Of a DNA stretch of 64,000 nucleotides, positions 62,210 to 64,000 are shown in pieces. The notes under the pieces were generated by a model. The model saw only the letters and a list, made by a program, of their open reading frames with translations, was not told the DNA's origin and ran no database searches. Position 1 is the stretch's first letter, and every line of letters begins with the position of its first letter. The translations under genes and the position numbers were made by a program. Source of the DNA: Phormidium sp. (GTDB lineage Bacteria; Cyanobacteriota; Cyanobacteriia; Cyanobacteriales; Aerosakkonemataceae); the NCBI GenBank assembly GCA_051013385.1, contig CP143273.1, forward strand, positions 800,001-864,000, given 5' to 3'.

Positions 62210-63069
62210 TGAAGTTGGCAACGGATAATTTAGCAGATGTAACTGAGAGAAATTCTGGGAAAAAAACAGAGTCAAAATCAGTTGCATCACTGCTCATCCG
62301 CTGCTTAATTTTTTCATTTTCTTTATGGCAATTTGCCTTGGTGAGTAATGCCGCAGAACTAAAAGAAATTCAGCGACGCGGCTATTTAATTGTTGCCGTC
62401 AAAGATAACTTACGTCCGCTAGGTTTTCGTGACGCAACAGGAAATTTGCAAGGATTAGAAATCGATCTGGCAAAGCGATTAGCACAAGAAATATTAGGGA
62501 ATGCTGAAGCAATTAAATTTGTGCCAGTGGCGAATCGCGATCGCCTCAGAGTAGTCTTAGAAGGACAAGCTGATTTAACGATTGCCAGAGTAACGGCGAC
62601 AGCTGCACGCGATCGCGTAGTCAGATTTAGCATACCCTACTATATGGATGGGATTGCCCTAGTCACTAAAGAACCTAATGTGCGGAGTTTAGGCAACTTA
62701 ACCCAACAAAAAATTGCCATCCTCAAAGGTTCGAGTACTATAGCCAAAGTTAGGTTTATCTTACCCAAAGCTCAGTTAGTCGGAGTGGATTCATATCAAG
62801 AAGGGCGATCGTTATTAGAATCAAATGGCGCAGTCGCCTTTGCCGCTGACGTTAGCGTTCTCACAGGTTGGGTACAAGAATATCCCCAATACCGTCTCTT
62901 GCCAACCCTCTTGTCCGCAGAACCCCTAGCAGTAGTCATGCCCAAAGGAATCCAGTACGATGACTTACGGCGAGTTGTGAATGAAGCGATCGTGCGCGGA
63001 AAAACCCAAGGTTGGTTGCCTCAACTAGCTACCTCTTGGGGGCTACCTTGGGATAAAGTAAACAAATAA
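62206..63069 (+). CDS. Amino-acid ABC substrate-binding protein (family 3)
   Basis: I..RG.L.V.V...P.GF....G...G.EIDLA; T.T..R....FS.PY. Confidence 0.88.
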   Translation: MMKLATDNLADVTERNSGKKTESKSVASLLIRCLIFSFSLWQFALVSNAAELKEIQRRGYLIVAVKDNLRPLGFRDATGNLQGLEIDLAKRLAQEILGNAEAIKFVPVANRDRLRVVLEGQADLTIARVTATAARDRVVRFSIPYYMDGIALVTKEPNVRSLGNLTQQKIAILKGSSTIAKVRFILPKAQLVGVDSYQEGRSLLESNGAVAFAADVSVLTGWVQEYPQYRLLPTLLSAEPLAVVMPKGIQYDDLRRVVNEAIVRGKTQGWLPQLATSWGLPWDKVNK

Positions 63070-63096
63070 AGATTGAAACCAGATTTAACTAAAAAT

Positions 63097-63624
63097 ATGG
63101 AAAGCTACCTACCAATTGTTTACCTCTCAATATTACTAGTATTGCTCTCTGGAGCCACCTTTGCTATTTTGCGCCAAATCTTCAAAACTCGCAAAGTAGA
63201 AACCTCACTTTCCCGCTTACAAAACAAGCTGAAGAATGAAAAAGGTACCGCCCAAGAATATTACGAACTGGGCAGCATTTATCTAGATAAAAACCTATTT
63301 TCCCAATCTGTTTCCGTGTTTCAAAAAGCACTCAAAGAAGCAGAGAATGAAGAATCAGAAAACACAGCCTTAATTTACAATGGCTTAGGTTTTGCTTACT
63401 TCGCTCAAGAGCAGTACGACTTGGCAATAAGACAATACAAAGAAGCATTGAAGCTCAATCCCCAGTATGTCACAGCAATTAATAATCTAGGCCATGCTTA
63501 CGAAAAAAAGAAATTAACAGCCCCAGCATTACAAGCTTATGAAGATGTCTTGAAAATCGAGCCTAACAATCAAATAGCCAAACGACGTGCTGAATCATTA
63601 CGCAAAAGGTTAGTCACTTCATAA
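63097..63624 (+). CDS. ycf37: TPR protein, Ycf37-like (PSI assembly)
   Basis: N-terminal TM, three TPRs; conserved position after rplT and the SBP gene. Confidence 0.8.
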   Translation: MESYLPIVYLSILLVLLSGATFAILRQIFKTRKVETSLSRLQNKLKNEKGTAQEYYELGSIYLDKNLFSQSVSVFQKALKEAENEESENTALIYNGLGFAYFAQEQYDLAIRQYKEALKLNPQYVTAINNLGHAYEKKKLTAPALQAYEDVLKIEPNNQIAKRRAESLRKRLVTS

Positions 63625-63777
63625 AAGCCAAATCCTGTTTTTGATGAGCGATCGCAATTGTGGAGAGAGTGCGATCGCTTTTGTCAAAAATCCTTGTATC
63701 TTCTGTACTTACTGTGCTAAAAAATACTCCAAGCCTGACTGGGAAAGAATTTAAGTCGTCGAAATCTAAATTATCGG

Positions 63778-64000
63778 CTAAATCCTCGCCCATTCTTTAA
63801 AAACTAGAGACAAATTAAACAATATTTTATCCTCTTTAATTTTTGTTACTAAATACCTTTGTTGTAAAGATTGTAACCCATTATTAAAATCTACTGAAGT
63901 TAAATTTAAACTTTGTCTTAAATCTTCCCTGGAAATAGGTCGATCGAATTTACTTAATTGTAATACGATTTCTTGCTCTCTAGGGGATAAGTTGTTAAAT
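63778..64000 (-). CDS. 3' end of a STAND/NB-ARC-type ATPase (winged-helix region), partial
   Basis: Manual translation FNNLSPREQEIVLQLS...ISREDL...GLQSLQQRYLV...F.L..VFKEW-stop. Confidence 0.65.
   Translation of the reverse strand, partial: FNNLSPREQEIVLQLSKFDRPISREDLRQSLNLTSVDFNNGLQSLQQRYLVTKIKEDKILFNLSLVFKEWARI

Overview
A 64 kb chromosomal window from a filamentous cyanobacterium (Oscillatoriales-like). Support: abundant GCGATCGC HIP1 octamers, 7-8 bp STRR tandem repeats, REP/MITE palindromes, and raf1, sepJ, desC, ycf37 and atpD/atpC. Most of the window is core genome. Bases 1-9.9 kb form a variable defence-type island. Its most striking feature is a Type IIG/ISP-like restriction-modification gene split into two intact ORFs (590 + 439 aa) by an intact ParD-ParE toxin-antitoxin cassette. 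The parE stop codon overlaps the start of the specificity-domain half. The island also holds decayed TA loci, a four-gene orphan cluster and an internally deleted pyruvate kinase. Other points of interest: three ComFB-domain paralogues; a PEP-CTERM gene followed in frame by a second sorting signal; a second, MmeI-like Type IIG R-M gene; a MITE that replaced the C-terminus of a UvrD-like helicase; a TetR fused to a degenerate tyrosine-recombinase fold, divergent from desC with twin palindromic operators; and a dispersed triuret/biuret catabolism locus in which two genes start head-to-head only 5 bp apart. All family calls are from motif recognition by eye; no database search was run.
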